From Scenedesmus sp. PABB004 (lineage: Eukaryota): 64,000 nt of DNA. A program made the translations under genes and the position numbers. A model generated the notes under the pieces. The model saw nothing but the letters and a program-made list of their open reading frames with translations. It made no database searches and had not been told where the DNA came from. The DNA lies in contig CM026547.1 in NCBI GenBank assembly GCA_014905635.1, positions 2,418,001 through 2,482,000 on the forward strand, in the 5' to 3' direction. Positions 49,199 to 61,330 of the stretch are shown piece after piece (the first letter of the stretch is position 1; the number at the start of each line of letters is the position of its first letter).

Positions 49199-49917
49199 GC
49201 GCGGGGGGGGGGGCTCTGCGCGCGGGCGGTGATGGGCGATGGGCCCGCGGCCACGGGCGCGCCTCGGCGCCCCCAGCCAGCGGGCGGCACGGATCGGGGC
49301 AGCCCACGGCGCCCTGGCGCTGCGGGCCGGGGCGCACGCGGTCCGGGCGCTCGCACAAGCCGCGCCCCGCTGCTGCCGGCGCCCCGCGCGCCCTGCTGGC
49401 CCGCCGCGCCGCCGGCGGGCCCGGCCCTCGCCACCGCGGCCCCGGCGTGGCACCGACGGCGCGCGGCGCCCCAGCGCGGGCGCGCGGCGCGCCTCACCGC
49501 GGCGCCGGGCGGCAAGGGGGCCGGCTTCCGCGTCGCCGCGATCGCCTGCTCCCTATGCCTAGTCCATGGAGCGCGGGGCGAGCGTGCGCGCGCTGTGCTG
49601 CGCGCGACTGGTGGTGGTGCGAACGAGCCCGCTGCGGGGCGGGCGAGCCGTGCTGCGCTGTTTCCAGGCAGTGCCGTCGTCGGTGGAGGGGGGGGCTCGC
49701 CGGCGGGCGAGCGCGCGCCAGGGCCTGGCTGCACCTCGAGGCCGCCCGCGCCCCGCCCTGCGCGCCGTCTGCGCCGGCGCCAGGGAGGCGCGATCGCTCC
49801 GGCCCGCCCGCACGAGGGGCCTCGCAGCGCGTTGCCCGCGCCCGCGTGCGCCGGCCGCCGCCCGCCCGCGCGCGGCCCGCCCGCGGCGCCGCCGCCGCCC
49901 GCGCGCGCGCGCGCCGC

Positions 49918-52900
49918 TCACACCGAGATCGCGCCCCAGCGCGCCTCGCCGCCGCCGGCGGCGGCCTCGGCGGCCTTGCGCGCCGCGACGTGCGCGCGCG
50001 TGGCCTCCCAGTACGCGGCGACGCCGGGCTCGACGACGCCGCCGCCGCCGCCGCTCGCGCCGTCGCCGCCCGCGGCGAGCTCGCTCGCGACGAGCTCCAG
50101 CAGCTGCTGCACCGCGCCCGCGCCGAGGCCGTCGAGGCCGGCGCCGTAGTAGTAGAGGTAGCGGTTGGCGATGTCGACGTACAGCGGCGTCGCCGACGCG
50201 GCGCCGCCGCCGGCGCCGGGCCCGGCGCCGCCGCCGGCGCCGGCGCCGGCGGCCGCGCGGCCCGCGCGCGGCGCGGCCGCGCACTGCTGCTTCGCCGCCG
50301 CCGCGACCTTGAGCCCGCGGCGCAGCCCCGCCATGACCTTGCCGCCGTCGCGCACCGCGCCGGGCGCGCCGCCGGGGCGCGGCTCCTGCCACGCGAGGTG
50401 GCTCGCCGCGCACGCGGCGAGGCACTGGTCGCGGCGCTTGAGCAGGCGCGCGGCGTAGCTCGTCACGCTCTGCGCGAGCGCGTCGCGGTTCTCGGGCCCA
50501 AACACGTAGCAGCGGTGCAGCGTGCCCACGATCGCCTGCAGCGCGGTGACCTTGGCGCGCGAGTCCGCCACGCTCTCCTCGTACAGCGTCAGCGCCTGCG
50601 TCGGACCCGGCGGCGGCGGCGGCAGCCCGCGCGCGCGCGCGCGGTGAGCGGGTCGGGGGCTGCGAGGGCCCCCACGCGCCAGCGGCGCGCAGCCGCGCGG
50701 GCGGCGCGGCGCGCGCGCGGCCCTCCACCCCCCGCCCAGGCGGCGCGCGCCTGCTCGAAGAACTCGTACGCCAGCAGCTCCAGCCCCGCCTCCTCGCTGC
50801 ACACGTGCGCGCACGCGAGCAGCAGCCGCAGCGCCTGCAGCGGCGCGGGCACCTCGGCGAGCGCGAGCGCGACCTCCAGCAGCCACTGCAGCGCCGCCTC
50901 GGCCGTGATGCCCTCGCCGCCGCCCGCCGCCGGCGCGGCCGGCGCGTCGGCGGCGGGCTCGCCGTCGGCGCCGCCGTCGGCGGGCCCGTCGGCGGCGCCC
51001 TCGGGCGGCGCGGTGAGGCGGCGCAGCGCCTTGAGCCCGCAGAACGCGAGCGCGGGCAGCGTGTGCCGCATGCGCGCGGGGCCGCCGGCCTCGAGATGCT
51101 TGCGCGCGGCGCGCAGGATGGCAAACTGCATGCCCAGGTCGGGGCTGGTGAGCTGGTGCAGCATGCGCGCGACCATGTCCTGCTCCTCCTCAATGTCCTG
51201 CAAGCGGCGCGGCGGCGGCGCGGCACGGCCGGGGTCGGTGGCGCGCGGCGGCGCGCGCGCGGGGTCGACCCAGCGCGGCGCCGCGCTGCGGCGCCGACGC
51301 CGCGCGGGTGGCCCACCTCGTCGTCCATGTCCTCGTCGCCCTCGCCCTCCTCGACCAGGGGCGCGATGAACTTGAACAGCATCTCCACGCAACCCAGGTC
51401 GCCCACGCCCGCGCCCTGAGACGCGCGCACGCGCACGCAGGCGGCACGCCGTCGGCGCAGGGCGCGCGCGTTCGCGGGGCCGCGCGTGCGCCGGCGCGCC
51501 GCGCCGCGCGGCGCGTGCTGCGGCGCGCCTGTGCGAGCACCGCGTTGACGACGCGCAGCGCCATGTCCTTGTGCGTGCGCCGCGAGAGCAGGCCCATGAG
51601 CGGGGGAAACTGGTCCAGCCCCAGCACCGTCACCGCGTCGCGCCGCGACAGCGGGCTGCTCAGCAGCGCCACGAGCGCCTTCTCAGCCTTGGCGTCGCCG
51701 CCCAGGCCCCTGCGCGGTGCGGCGCGGCGCGGCGCGGCGCGGCGCGGCGCGGCGCGGCGCGGCGCGGGGCGCGGGGAGTGAGCGCGTGCGCGCGCCAGCG
51801 CGCGGGCGCCCCGCCGCCGCTCCCCCGCGTGGCGCGCGCGCCGCGCCGCGGCGCGGCACTCGCTTTCCGACCAGGCCGCGGTGGCAGGCGCCGAGCACGC
51901 GGTTGACGTTGGGCAGCGCGTCGGGGTGCACGCCCTCGGTGAAGGCCATGAGCGCGACGTACATCTCCACCAGGCTCGCGGGCGGGATGTCGCCGTGCAG
52001 CTCCGCGACCTTGCTGATCGACTCGACAAACTTCTCAAACGCGTGCCCCTCCAGCAGGCGCGACACGACGGCCGGGTCGCTCGCCGCGTAGCTGCGCGGC
52101 GCGGCGGCGCGCGCGGCGCTCGGCCGCCGAGCCGGCGGCGGCGGCGGCGCGTGCGGCGGCGGCGCGCGTGCTCACCGCGCGAGGCGGTCCATGAGGCTGG
52201 CCATGACGGCGTGCAGCCGCACGCCGCTCTGGAGCTCCGGCAGCGCGCCGAGCAGCGCGTCGAGGCTGCTGAGGTGGAAGGCGTCGGGGAAGCCCTGGAT
52301 GACGCACTGCATGAGGTACGCCTGCGCGAGCTCGTCCTTGCACGACACCACCTGCTCCAGGAGGCGCGGCAGCACGCTGCCCACGTACAGCTCAAACGTG
52401 AGCCCGTCGAGCTGGCTGATGTACGTCAGGTTCTTGCCCACCAGGTCCTGGGGCGGGCCGCGCCGGGGAGGGCGGCGCTTGCGGCGCGGCGCGGCGCGGC
52501 GCGGCGCGGCGCGGCGCGGTGCGCACGCCCGGCGCCCGCCCGCCCGCCCTCCCTGCCCACCCCGCGCGCGCACCTGCAGCTGCTGGCGCTCCTTCTCGCG
52601 CCTCTCGCGGTCGCGCGGGCCGCCCTGGTGCTGCATGCGCACCCAGAGCTTGTTCATCTCGATGAAGTTGGTCAGCAGGAAGTCAACGGCGTCGTGGATG
52701 CCGCCCGGCGCGGCGCCCGGCGGCGCCGCCGCACCCGACGCGGCCGTCGCCGGCGCGGCGGCGGCGTCCCCCGCGGCGGCGCCCGCGGCGGCGTCCTGCA
52801 GCAGCCCCCGGCTGCGCTGGCAGAGGTAGCTGCGCAGGAAGAGGCCGCGCGTGGGGTGCTGCACGCCCTTGGTCATCTCCACCAGGTCGCGCAGCACCTC

Positions 52901-53672
52901 GGGGCTGTTGGCGGTGCCGGACTTGATGTAGAGGCAGCCCACCGCGACCATCAGGTAGCTGCGCGCCCGCGGGCAGCGAGCCCCAGGGGGGGGGGGTGAG
53001 GCGGCCGCCAGCGCCCGCGCCCGGCGCCGCGGCCGGCCGCGCAGCGCAGCGCGCGCGCCGGCGCGCTCACAGGCGCGGCAGCACGTTGCCCGCGTGCTGC
53101 ACCAGCTCGTACAGCTCCGCCAGCGTGCGGCCCTTGCTCTGCTCGTCCGCAAAGTAGGCCTGCGTCGCGCGGCACGCCGCGTGACGGCGGGCGCGCGTGC
53201 TCGGCCGATGCCGCCCCGCCGCCGCGACGCCGCCGAGCGCTGCTGGCGCGCCGGGGGCGCGCGGGGGTGGGGCCCTGTCGCGTGGCGCGTCGGCGGCGTC
53301 GCGCGTCGCACCTCGAGGTTGCCGAGCTCATCAAAGACCTGCATGTACAGCTCGTAGTACTTCTGGGGCGACAGGAACGACGTCCGCAGCTCGCCCAGCA
53401 TCGCCGCCGAGTAGCGCAGCGCCTCGCGCAGGTTATCCTCGTCCTGCAGCCGGACGCGCGGCGGCAGCGGCGGTCGCACGGCACGAGGCGGCGCTCGGCG
53501 GCGGCGCGCGGCCCGCGAGCAGCAGCAGCGCCGGCGCGCCCCTCTCACAACTGCCGCCCCCGCGCGCGCAGCCCGCCCCACGCCGCCGCACCATGGCCTT
53601 GCGCATGAAGTAGGCGTTCTTCTTCACCGAGTTGGAGGCCTCCTTGAGGAACTTGTCCTGCTCGTCCTCCAT
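49918..53672 (-). CDS. VPS35: Retromer subunit VPS35
   Basis: EQDKFLKEA, MLGELRTSFLSPQKYYELYM, LYELVQHAGNVLPRL-YL, KGVQHPTRGLFLRSYL, NFIEMNKLWVRMQHQG, DLVGKNL, AYEFFEQA. Confidence 0.97.
51716..51766. repeat. (GCGCG)n pentanucleotide microsatellite in a VPS35 intron
   Basis: About ten tandem gcgcg units. Confidence 0.8.
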
Positions 53673-54334
53673 CTTTGCAGCTGCCCCGCCTGGCGCTGCG
53701 GCGCCGAGCGATGCAGCGCTGCTGGGAGCAGCAAAGAGCGATGCCGCACGCGTCGGCGCGCGATCAGGGGATTCGGCGCAGCCGGGGCGCGGGGGGGAGC
53801 TGCTGCTGCTGTTCGAGCAGCGGCCTGCCTCCGGGGCTGCGTGACTGCCGCGGGCGGGGGTGGCGGCGCCGGGACGACCGATCCGACACCACAAGCCGCG
53901 GCTGGGCACGGCGGCGGCGCGCGGCGGCGGGGCTCAGCGACCGCTGCGCCGCGCGACAAGCGAGCGCCCGCCGCGCGCCGCTGGCGTCGCCGCCGGGCGG
54001 GGCCTGCCGCCGAGGGAGCGCACACGTCCGGCTCGCTTACTGGTCCCCCCCCCCCAAGCAGGCGAGCGGAGCGCCGTGCGCGGCGGCCGTTCTCACGCGC
54101 GCGCCCCGGCGAGTGCAGTGTGAATGGTCGGCCACCTCCCCCCCGCTGAGCAGCGAAAACCCCGGATCACAGGCGCCCGTTCGCCGCGCCCTGCGGCGTC
54201 GTACTACGAACGCTCGAGTCGGCCGCGCGCACGCGCGCGCGCGCACGCAGACACACACACATCCTCACGCCCGCGCGCCCGTGCTGAGGCTGCAGCAGGG
54301 GCCAGCGCGCTCGCCCGCGCCCGTCGCCGCGGGG

Positions 54335-57173
54335 CTAGGTGTGGGGCTGCTTCACGCCCAGGATGCCGTGCTTGAGCGTGCTGGACGCCTTGAGCACGTC
54401 CTCGTTGCCCTGCCGCATCATCGCCGCAAACTCCTCGTAGTCGATGCGTCCGTCCTTGTCCTTGTCCTGCGCGCAGCAGCGGCCGCGGCGGCGGCGGCGC
54501 GGTGGGCGCGGCGACGACGCGGCGGGCGCGGCGGCGCGCCGAGGCCGCCGCGGCGCGCCGCGGCCGCCCCCGGCGCGCGCGCGCGCGCGTGCGCTGGCGC
54601 GCGCGAGCGGGCGCACCACTTCGGCCAGGATGTCCTTGATGTGCGCCGCGATCGTGCTCGCGTCGCCGTGCTGCTTCAGCCCCTGCTCCAGCTCCTCCAC
54701 CGTGATGTGGCCGCTGCCGTCCGTGTCAAAGTGCTGCGCGGCCGAGCGGCGGCGGCGGGCGTCGCGCGGCGCGCCACGGGCGTGCAAGCGCTGCGGCTGC
54801 CGTGCCGTCGCCGCGCGCTGCGGCTGCCGTGCCGTCGCCGCGCGCTGCGCTGCGCCGTGCCGGCCGTGCTGCCGGCCGTGCTGCGCCGCGCGCGCGCCTG
54901 GAAGGCCTTGTACAGTGCGTCCTCGCGCTCCAGCTTGCCCAGGTGCATCGTGGCGGCCAGGAACTCCTCATAGTCGACCTTGCCGTCGCCGTTGACGTCC
55001 GCGTTCTCCATGATGCGCACCAGCTCCGCCTCGGGGATCTTGCTGCCCTTGGCGCGCAGCCCGTCGCGCATCTCGTCGACCGTGATCGTGCCGCTGCGCG
55101 GCGGCGGCGCGGCGGCGCGCGCGCGGGCTCGGGCGCGCGCCCAGGCGCGGGCGCAGGCTGCGGCAGCCGCCCGGCGGCGCCGCGCGGCCGCCACGCGAGC
55201 AGCCGCGGCCGGCCCCGCGCCCGCGGCGGCGGCGGCGCCCCGCGGCGCGCCTGCCGTCCTTGTCCATGGCGGCGAACATCTCCTTGAGGCCGGTGATCTC
55301 CTCGAGCGGCAGGTTGGCGGCGATGACCTTGAGCGCCTCCTTCTTGAGCTTGTTCATCGCGGCAAAGCCCTTGATGCGGCTCAGCACCTCGGGCTCGATC
55401 ACGTTGTCACCCGCGACGCCGTCGGGGCGCACCCACTCGTGCGCGAGCACGTCGCTCGCGGTCGCGCGCTTCGCGGGGTCGCGCACCAGCATGCGCCGCA
55501 CGCAGTCCTGCGCGGGCGCACGCGCGCGCGCACGAGGGCGGCGCGGTGGGCGCGGCGCATGCGGCGACTGCTGCTGCGGCCACGGACGCTTCCGCTGCTG
55601 CTACTGCTGCTGCGCCGCCGCCCGCTGCTGCGCCCGCTGCTGCGCCCGCTGCCTCCGCCGCCGCCGCCGCTCTCGCCGCACCTTGGCGGGCTCCGAGACC
55701 TTGGGCCAGGGGTCGGTCTCAAAGTCGAGCTTGTTGCGCAGCACGGCGTCAAAGATCTGCTGCTCGTTGTCGCCGTAAAAGGGCGGCATGCCGCTGAGCA
55801 GGATGTAGAGCATCACGCCGCAGCTCCAGATGTCCGCCTCCTTGCCGTAGTTGCGGCGCAGCACCTGCCGCGCGCGGCGGCGGCGCCGCCAGTCAGCGCG
55901 CCGCGCCGCGCCGCCGCCGCCGGCCGCGCGCGCGCGCACCTCTGGCGCGACGTAGTAGGCGCTGCCGACGATGTCCCTGAACGACTGCGCCTCCTTGAAG
56001 AAGGCGCTGAGCCCAAAGTCGGTCGCCTTGAGCACCGCGTCGTCGGTCTTGTCGCTGAGCAGGAAGTTCTCGGGCTTGAGGTCGCGGTGGATGACGTTCA
56101 TGGCGTGGCAGTGCTGCACCACCTGCGCGCGTGCCCGCGGCGCGGCGCGGCGCGGCACGGGCGAGGCAGGCGGGCGGGGCGGGGCGGGCAGGGGGGCGGG
56201 CGGGCGGGGTGAGCGCGCCGGCGCGCGGGGCGCGCGCGGCCCCTGCCGCGGGCGCTGCTGCCGCCGCTCTGCTGCCGCCGCTCTGCCGCCGCCGCCCGCC
56301 GCCCGCCCGCCGGGCCCCTGGCTCCCGCGCCCCCCGCGCCGCGCGCCTTGACGATGGTGCGGATCGCCGTCGCCGCGTCCTTCTCGGTGTACTTGCCGCG
56401 CTGCACGATGCGGTCAAAGAGCTCGCCGCCGAGGCAGACCTCCATGACGATGTGCACGTGGTGCTTGTCCTCGTACGCGCCGCGCATCTGCACGACGTGC
56501 GGGTGGCCCGCGAGGTGGTGCATGATCTGGACCTCGCGCTGCACGTCGGCGACGTCCTCCGGCGTCGCGAGCTTGCGCTTGGAGATCGACTTGCACGCGA
56601 GCACCTCGCCCGTCTTCTTGTCCGTCACCATGCGCGTCGTCCCAAACTGGCCCTTGCCCAGCGTCTTGCCAAAGTCATAGCTGCGCGCACGCGCGCGCGC
56701 GCGGGCGCGGATGGGAGGGGCGCCGCGGCGCGGCGGGGCGCGGGGCGGGGGCGGCGGCGGCCGCAGACCGCGCTGCAGAGGCGACAGCCGGCCGGCCGCG
56801 GGCTGCGGGGCCGCGCGGCACGCGCGCCGGCGGGAGCAGCACCGCGCCCGTGCGCCGCCGAGTGCCGCGCCGCGGCGGCAACGCTCACATCGTTTTGACG
56901 TCGGGCGTCTCCTTGCCCAGCACGTTGCACTGCAGCGTCTTGGCGCCCGCGGCGGTCTGCGGGCGCCGGCCCGGCGTGAGCAGCAGCGCCCCAGATGCCG
57001 GCCCCGCCACCGCCCAGCCCCGCGCGCCGGCCCGGCCTGGCCGGCGCCGGCGGCTGTGACAGGCCGCTCCCAACGCAACGCACCCCGCTGCCGCCCCCGG
57101 CGGCCCCGTTCGGCGCCGCGGCTGCCGCGCCCGCGGTGCTGGCGGTCGCGGGCTTGGAGCTGCACAGCCCCAT
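54335..57173 (-). CDS. CDPK: Calcium-dependent protein kinase with four EF-hands
   Basis: MGLCSSK acylation motif, [31 protein letters not shown], junction [11 protein letters not shown]-hands [48 protein letters not shown]. Confidence 0.98.
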
Positions 57174-57567
57174 CGCGTCCCCTCGCGTTGCCGGGCGCCT
57201 CTGCGGGCCCGCTGGACGCGGGAGCAGCTGCCGCGGCCGACCCTGGTGATGCGACCGCTGGCGACCGCTGAGGGGCGGGCGAGCCGCGCGGAGTGCACCA
57301 CGAGCGCCGGGCGGGCGCGGCGAGGAACAGCGGCGGCCCGCGCCGCGCCCGCCCGGCGAACCGCGCGCCGCGGGTGACGACCGACGCGCAACTGTTGCCG
57401 GCGCCGCCTCCGCCGCCCCCCCCCCGAGGTCAGCGGGGGCCCCCGACCGGCCCTGCAAGCACGCCCCTCACACGGTGTGATCGCCGCCCCGCCGCCGCGC
57501 CGCGCTGCACGCGCGCCCGCCCGCCGCGCGCCGCTCGCGCCCGCGCGGCGCGCGCGCCGCGCTCAGC

Positions 57568-58788
57568 TCAGTAGATGTCGGAGCCCTCCTTTCCGAGCTG
57601 GCCGGGGCGGCGCTGCAGGTAAGCGACGACGCCGAGGACGATCGGCGCGCCGACGAGCACGACGTTGGCCGCGTGGTACAGGCCGGAGCTGAGCGGGAGG
57701 TGCAGCCACCACGCGATCTGGCCGACCGCGCCGCGCCCGCCCGTGACCGGCTCGGCGAGCACGACGCCCGCCCAGCCCAGCATCGCGAGGCGGCCTGCGC
57801 ACGTGGTGGGGCGCCGGCGGGCGGGCGTCGGCGGTGCACCGCCGCACGCGTGGGCGGGCGGCGCCGGCGCGGGCGACGGCGCCAGCGCGCGCCGCGCGCG
57901 CGGCTGCCCGACGGCGCGCGGGCGGCGCGGGGCGCGGTCGCGCACCCGCGAAGAGCTCGTTTGCCTTGTCAAACCCGAAGACGCGGCCGTAGCCGAAGAA
58001 GCGCGCCGGCTCGGTGAGCGGGTTAACCCAGCGCAGCGGCGGGCCGCGCGGCCGGCGCAGCAGGTCCTGCGCGCGGCAGCCGGCGGCGCGCGGGCCGCGG
58101 GCGGGCTTTGGCCGGCGGGCCGCCGGCGGGCGGCCGGGGGCGGGCGGGGGGGGGGGGTGGCCGCGGCGGGCGCCGCCGCGCCTTGCGGTTGGCCTCGCTC
58201 CACGTGGGCGTCGTGGGCGAGAGGCCCCACAGCCCGTGTGCGACGAACGCGAGCAGCACGCCCTGCACCACGATCGCAGGCAGGCCCGTCAGAACGCACA
58301 GCTGCGCGAGCGGGCCCGGGCCCATGAGGAAGGTCTGCGCGCGCGGCGGCCGCGCGTGAGCGCGCGCGCAGCATGGGCCAGGGCGCGCGGCCGCGCGGCG
58401 GCGCGCGTGGGGCGCCTCCCACCTCCCAGCTGCAGGCCGCGTAGAAGCCTGCCATGGCAGCCCGGCCGACGAACACCTCGCGCCGGCGCGAGAAGACGGG
58501 GACGCTGAGAGACGAGCGGAAGGCCTTGGCGGGCGGGGCCGCCGGGCTCCGGCCCAGCGCCGCGTCGGCCTCGGCGGCCGTGGTGCCCGCCTCGTGGTGC
58601 CGGCGCAGCAGGCGGTCCAGGGCGTCGCGCTGCTCCTTGGCGGCCGGGGCCGCGTCGCGCTCCTTGAAGGCCCGCGCGTCGACCCCCGCGCGGCGGCGCT
58701 GCGGCGCGGCGGGGCGCCGCCAGGCCGCGGGACGCGCACCGAGCACGGCCCGCGCGCCACACAGGCGCGAGGGCGCGGCGCTGAGCAT
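57568..58788 (-). CDS. Four-helix LHC-superfamily protein, PsbS-related
   Basis: Transit peptide and two LHC motifs (REVFVGRAAMAGF, FGFDKANELFAGRLAMLGW), each followed by G.LAQL/GAVGQI and a second TM helix. Confidence 0.85.
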   Translation of the reverse strand: MLSAAPSRLCGARAVLGARPAAWRRPAAPQRRRAGVDARAFKERDAAPAAKEQRDALDRLLRRHHEAGTTAAEADAALGRSPAAPPAKAFRSSLSVPVFSRRREVFVGRAAMAGFYAACSWEVGGAPRAPPRGRAPWPMLRARSRAAAARADLPHGPGPARAAVRSDGPACDRGAGRAARVRRTRAVGPLAHDAHVERGQPQGAAAPAAATPPPRPPPAARRRPAGQSPPAARAPPAAARRTCCAGRAARRCAGLTRSPSRRASSATAASSGLTRQTSSSRVRDRAPRRPRAVGQPRARRALAPSPAPAPPAHACGGAPPTPARRRPTTCAGRLAMLGWAGVVLAEPVTGGRGAVGQIAWWLHLPLSSGLYHAANVVLVGAPIVLGVVAYLQRRPGQLGKEGSDIY

Positions 58789-59185
58789 CGCGGCCGGCGG
58801 CGCGCGGCGATGACGACGACGGCGGCGGTCGAGGCAGCGGCGCGTGCGCGTGCAAGGGCAGGACGTTGAGGCGGGCTGGGGGCGGCTGGTAGGAGTGGGG
58901 GCACGCGACGGATCGCACGAGACGGAGCGGCGGCGGCCGCGAGCAGCCGCTGAGCCCTGCGCCGCCCGCGCGCCGCGGGGGCATTTTGCACTCGGCGTGG
59001 AGGCCGCTAGCGGCGGCGTGCGGGTGGGGCTGCAAGAGGATGTCACCGCCGCGGCCCGGTGCGCCGCCGGCCGCCCCGCGCGCACGCACGCCGCGCCGCG
59101 GCCGCCGGCCGGCGCCCGCGGCGCCGGCGCCGGCCTGAAGCCCTGAGCCGTCCGAGTCGACGCGCCGGCGTGGGACCACCGACGG

Positions 59186-61009
59186 TCAGCGGTGGCCCGG
59201 CGCGACGCGGCGCTTGCCGCGCGCGTCCAGCCAAGCGTCGCCCAGGCTGCGCCCGTCCTGGTAGGGGTTGGTCGTCTGCTGGATGATCTCACGCAGGTCG
59301 GGCCGCCCCCGGCGCTGCTCCGCGCCTGCCGCCGCCGGCGGCGGTGCAGCGGGGCGTGGGCGCGTGAGAGGCCGCCGGCGCGCGCGCCGCAGCGGCTGCC
59401 GTGCCAGCGCCGCCGCCGCCGGGCGCGACCGCGCGCACCGCGCGCGCCGCCGGCTGCGGCGCCGCCGCCGCCGCCGCAGCGCACCCGGCACGCGCTGCTT
59501 GCCCGACGGCTGCAGCCAGGCGTCGTCGAGGCGCCGCCCGTCCTGGTAGGGGTTGCTGCTCTGCTGCAGCACCTCGGCCAGCCCGCGCCGCCCGCGCGCG
59601 ACCTCGGGGCTCGCCACCGGCCGCTTGCCCTTGTGCTCCAGCCAGCTGTCGCCGCCGGTCGCGCCGGGCGCGAGCGAGCACCTGCGCGGCGCGGGCGGCG
59701 GCGTCAGGCGCGCGGGCCGGGCAGCGGCGTCGGGCGGTAGGGCCGGCGGGACCAGCGCGCCTCGCCGTGGGCCGCCTCGGGCGTGGCGCGCCGCTCACCG
59801 GCCGGCCAGGACGTCAAACAGGTCGGCGCGGCCGCCCCTGGCCTCCGGCACGGCCATGTGCTTGCTGGTCTTGTAGGGCGCGGGCGGCGGCGGCGCGCTG
59901 AAGTCGTCGGCGTGCACGTGGCTCCGCGTCTGCGCGAGGCCCGCCGGGTCGGGGCGCCGGATGACGTACGCCGCGGTCGCGTCGTCGATGCAGTGCCCGT
60001 ACGGCGTGGCGTTGATCGCGCCCGCGCCCCAGCGCGTGACCTCCAGCGTGTCGCGCGTCGCCGCGGGCGCGAGCCGGCCCGCCCGCGCCGCCGCGCCGCC
60101 CGCCGCGCCGCCGCCGCCGCCGCCGGCCTGCAGCGCGGACGCCTCGGCCTGGGCCTTGACCAGGTCGCGCTTGAGCGGGTCGGCGATGTCGCCCGCGGGC
60201 AGGCGGATGGCCGCCGCGAGCGGCGCGAGCGCGTCGTAGTCGGCGGGGATGACCACGTCCCGGAACACGCCGCCCGGCTTGGCATTGACCGCGGCGACGT
60301 AGCTCGCGCTCGCCGCGGCGAGGCGCGCCTCGACCGCCGCGACGGGGCGCGCGTCGAGCGCCGCGGCGAGGCGGGCCTGCAGCACGTCAAACACCTGCGC
60401 GCTCCAGGCCGCGTAGAGCGCCGCGCCGCGCGCCGCGCGCGCGCCGTCCGCGTGGTCCAGCACCTCCTGCACCTCCGCCACCACGCCGCCGCCGCCGCCG
60501 CCCAGGTCCGCCAGCACGTCAGCGCAGAGCGCCTCGAAGCGCGCCTCGCGCGCAGCCGCGGCCGCGGCCGACTTGCGCTGCGGCGGCGGCGGAGGCGGCG
60601 GGCTCAGGCGGCACCGCCGCGGGGTCGGCGCCGCCGCGGCTGCTGCCGCCGCTGCCGCCGCCAGCGCCATCCGCGGCGGGCCTCCGCCGCGCCTGCATGG
60701 CGGCCCGGAACGCCTCGTCCTTGCTGCGCGCCTGCGCCTCCAGCGCCGCACGCTGGGCCGCCTTGCGCTGCTGCCAGGTGCTCCATGCCGCGCTGCGCGC
60801 GGCGGCGGTCGGCGGCGGTCGGCGTGGCGCCGCGCGGCGGCGCGGCGGAGCTGGCCGCCCGCGCACACCGCTGGTGTGCGCACGCACGTGCCGGGCGACG
60901 GCGCCGGGGCCGTCGCGGCGCGCGGGGCCGACGTGCCGCCCGCCGCCACCAGCTCCTGCACCAGGGCGGGCTGGTAGGTCTTCAGGCGCTCCCTGGCGGG
61001 CGCCGCCAT
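59186..61009 (-). CDS. FAM228-like probable flagellar protein with C-terminal repeats
   Basis: ALYAAWSAQVFDVLQ...YVAAVNAKPGGVFRDVVIPADYD...DPLKRDL resembles FAM228 as I recall it. Exons join in phase. Confidence 0.65.
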
Positions 61010-61330
61010 GGCCGCCGGCGGCTCGCCCGCGCCGCTGCCTCAGCCGCGCCGCCGCGCTGCCTCAGCCGCGCCGGCGTCGCATGCAGCACCGTCCAGCTGG
61101 GCGCGACGTGCGGTGCCCAGCAGCGGCGCGAGTCGGGCGCGAGCGAGGGCGCGGGAGGATGCGCGCGCAGGCGCGAGCAGCGCGCGTGGGCGCGCAGGGC
61201 AGCTGGCGCAGCTCGGCAAGAAGCTCCAGGCAGCTGGGAAGGCTGTGGCGCGCCAGGGCGGGCGCTCCGGAGGTGCGCCGCAGTGGGCTGTAGCGGCGTC
61301 TGCCACTGCAGGCGCTCCAGCGGCGCCGGC

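Noticed and set aside
1479..58157. Recurrent 10-16 nt poly-G/poly-C runs as G-quadruplex signals or element ends
   Set aside because: Scattered through introns with no shared flanks, expected in this composition, and homopolymer lengths are unreliable.
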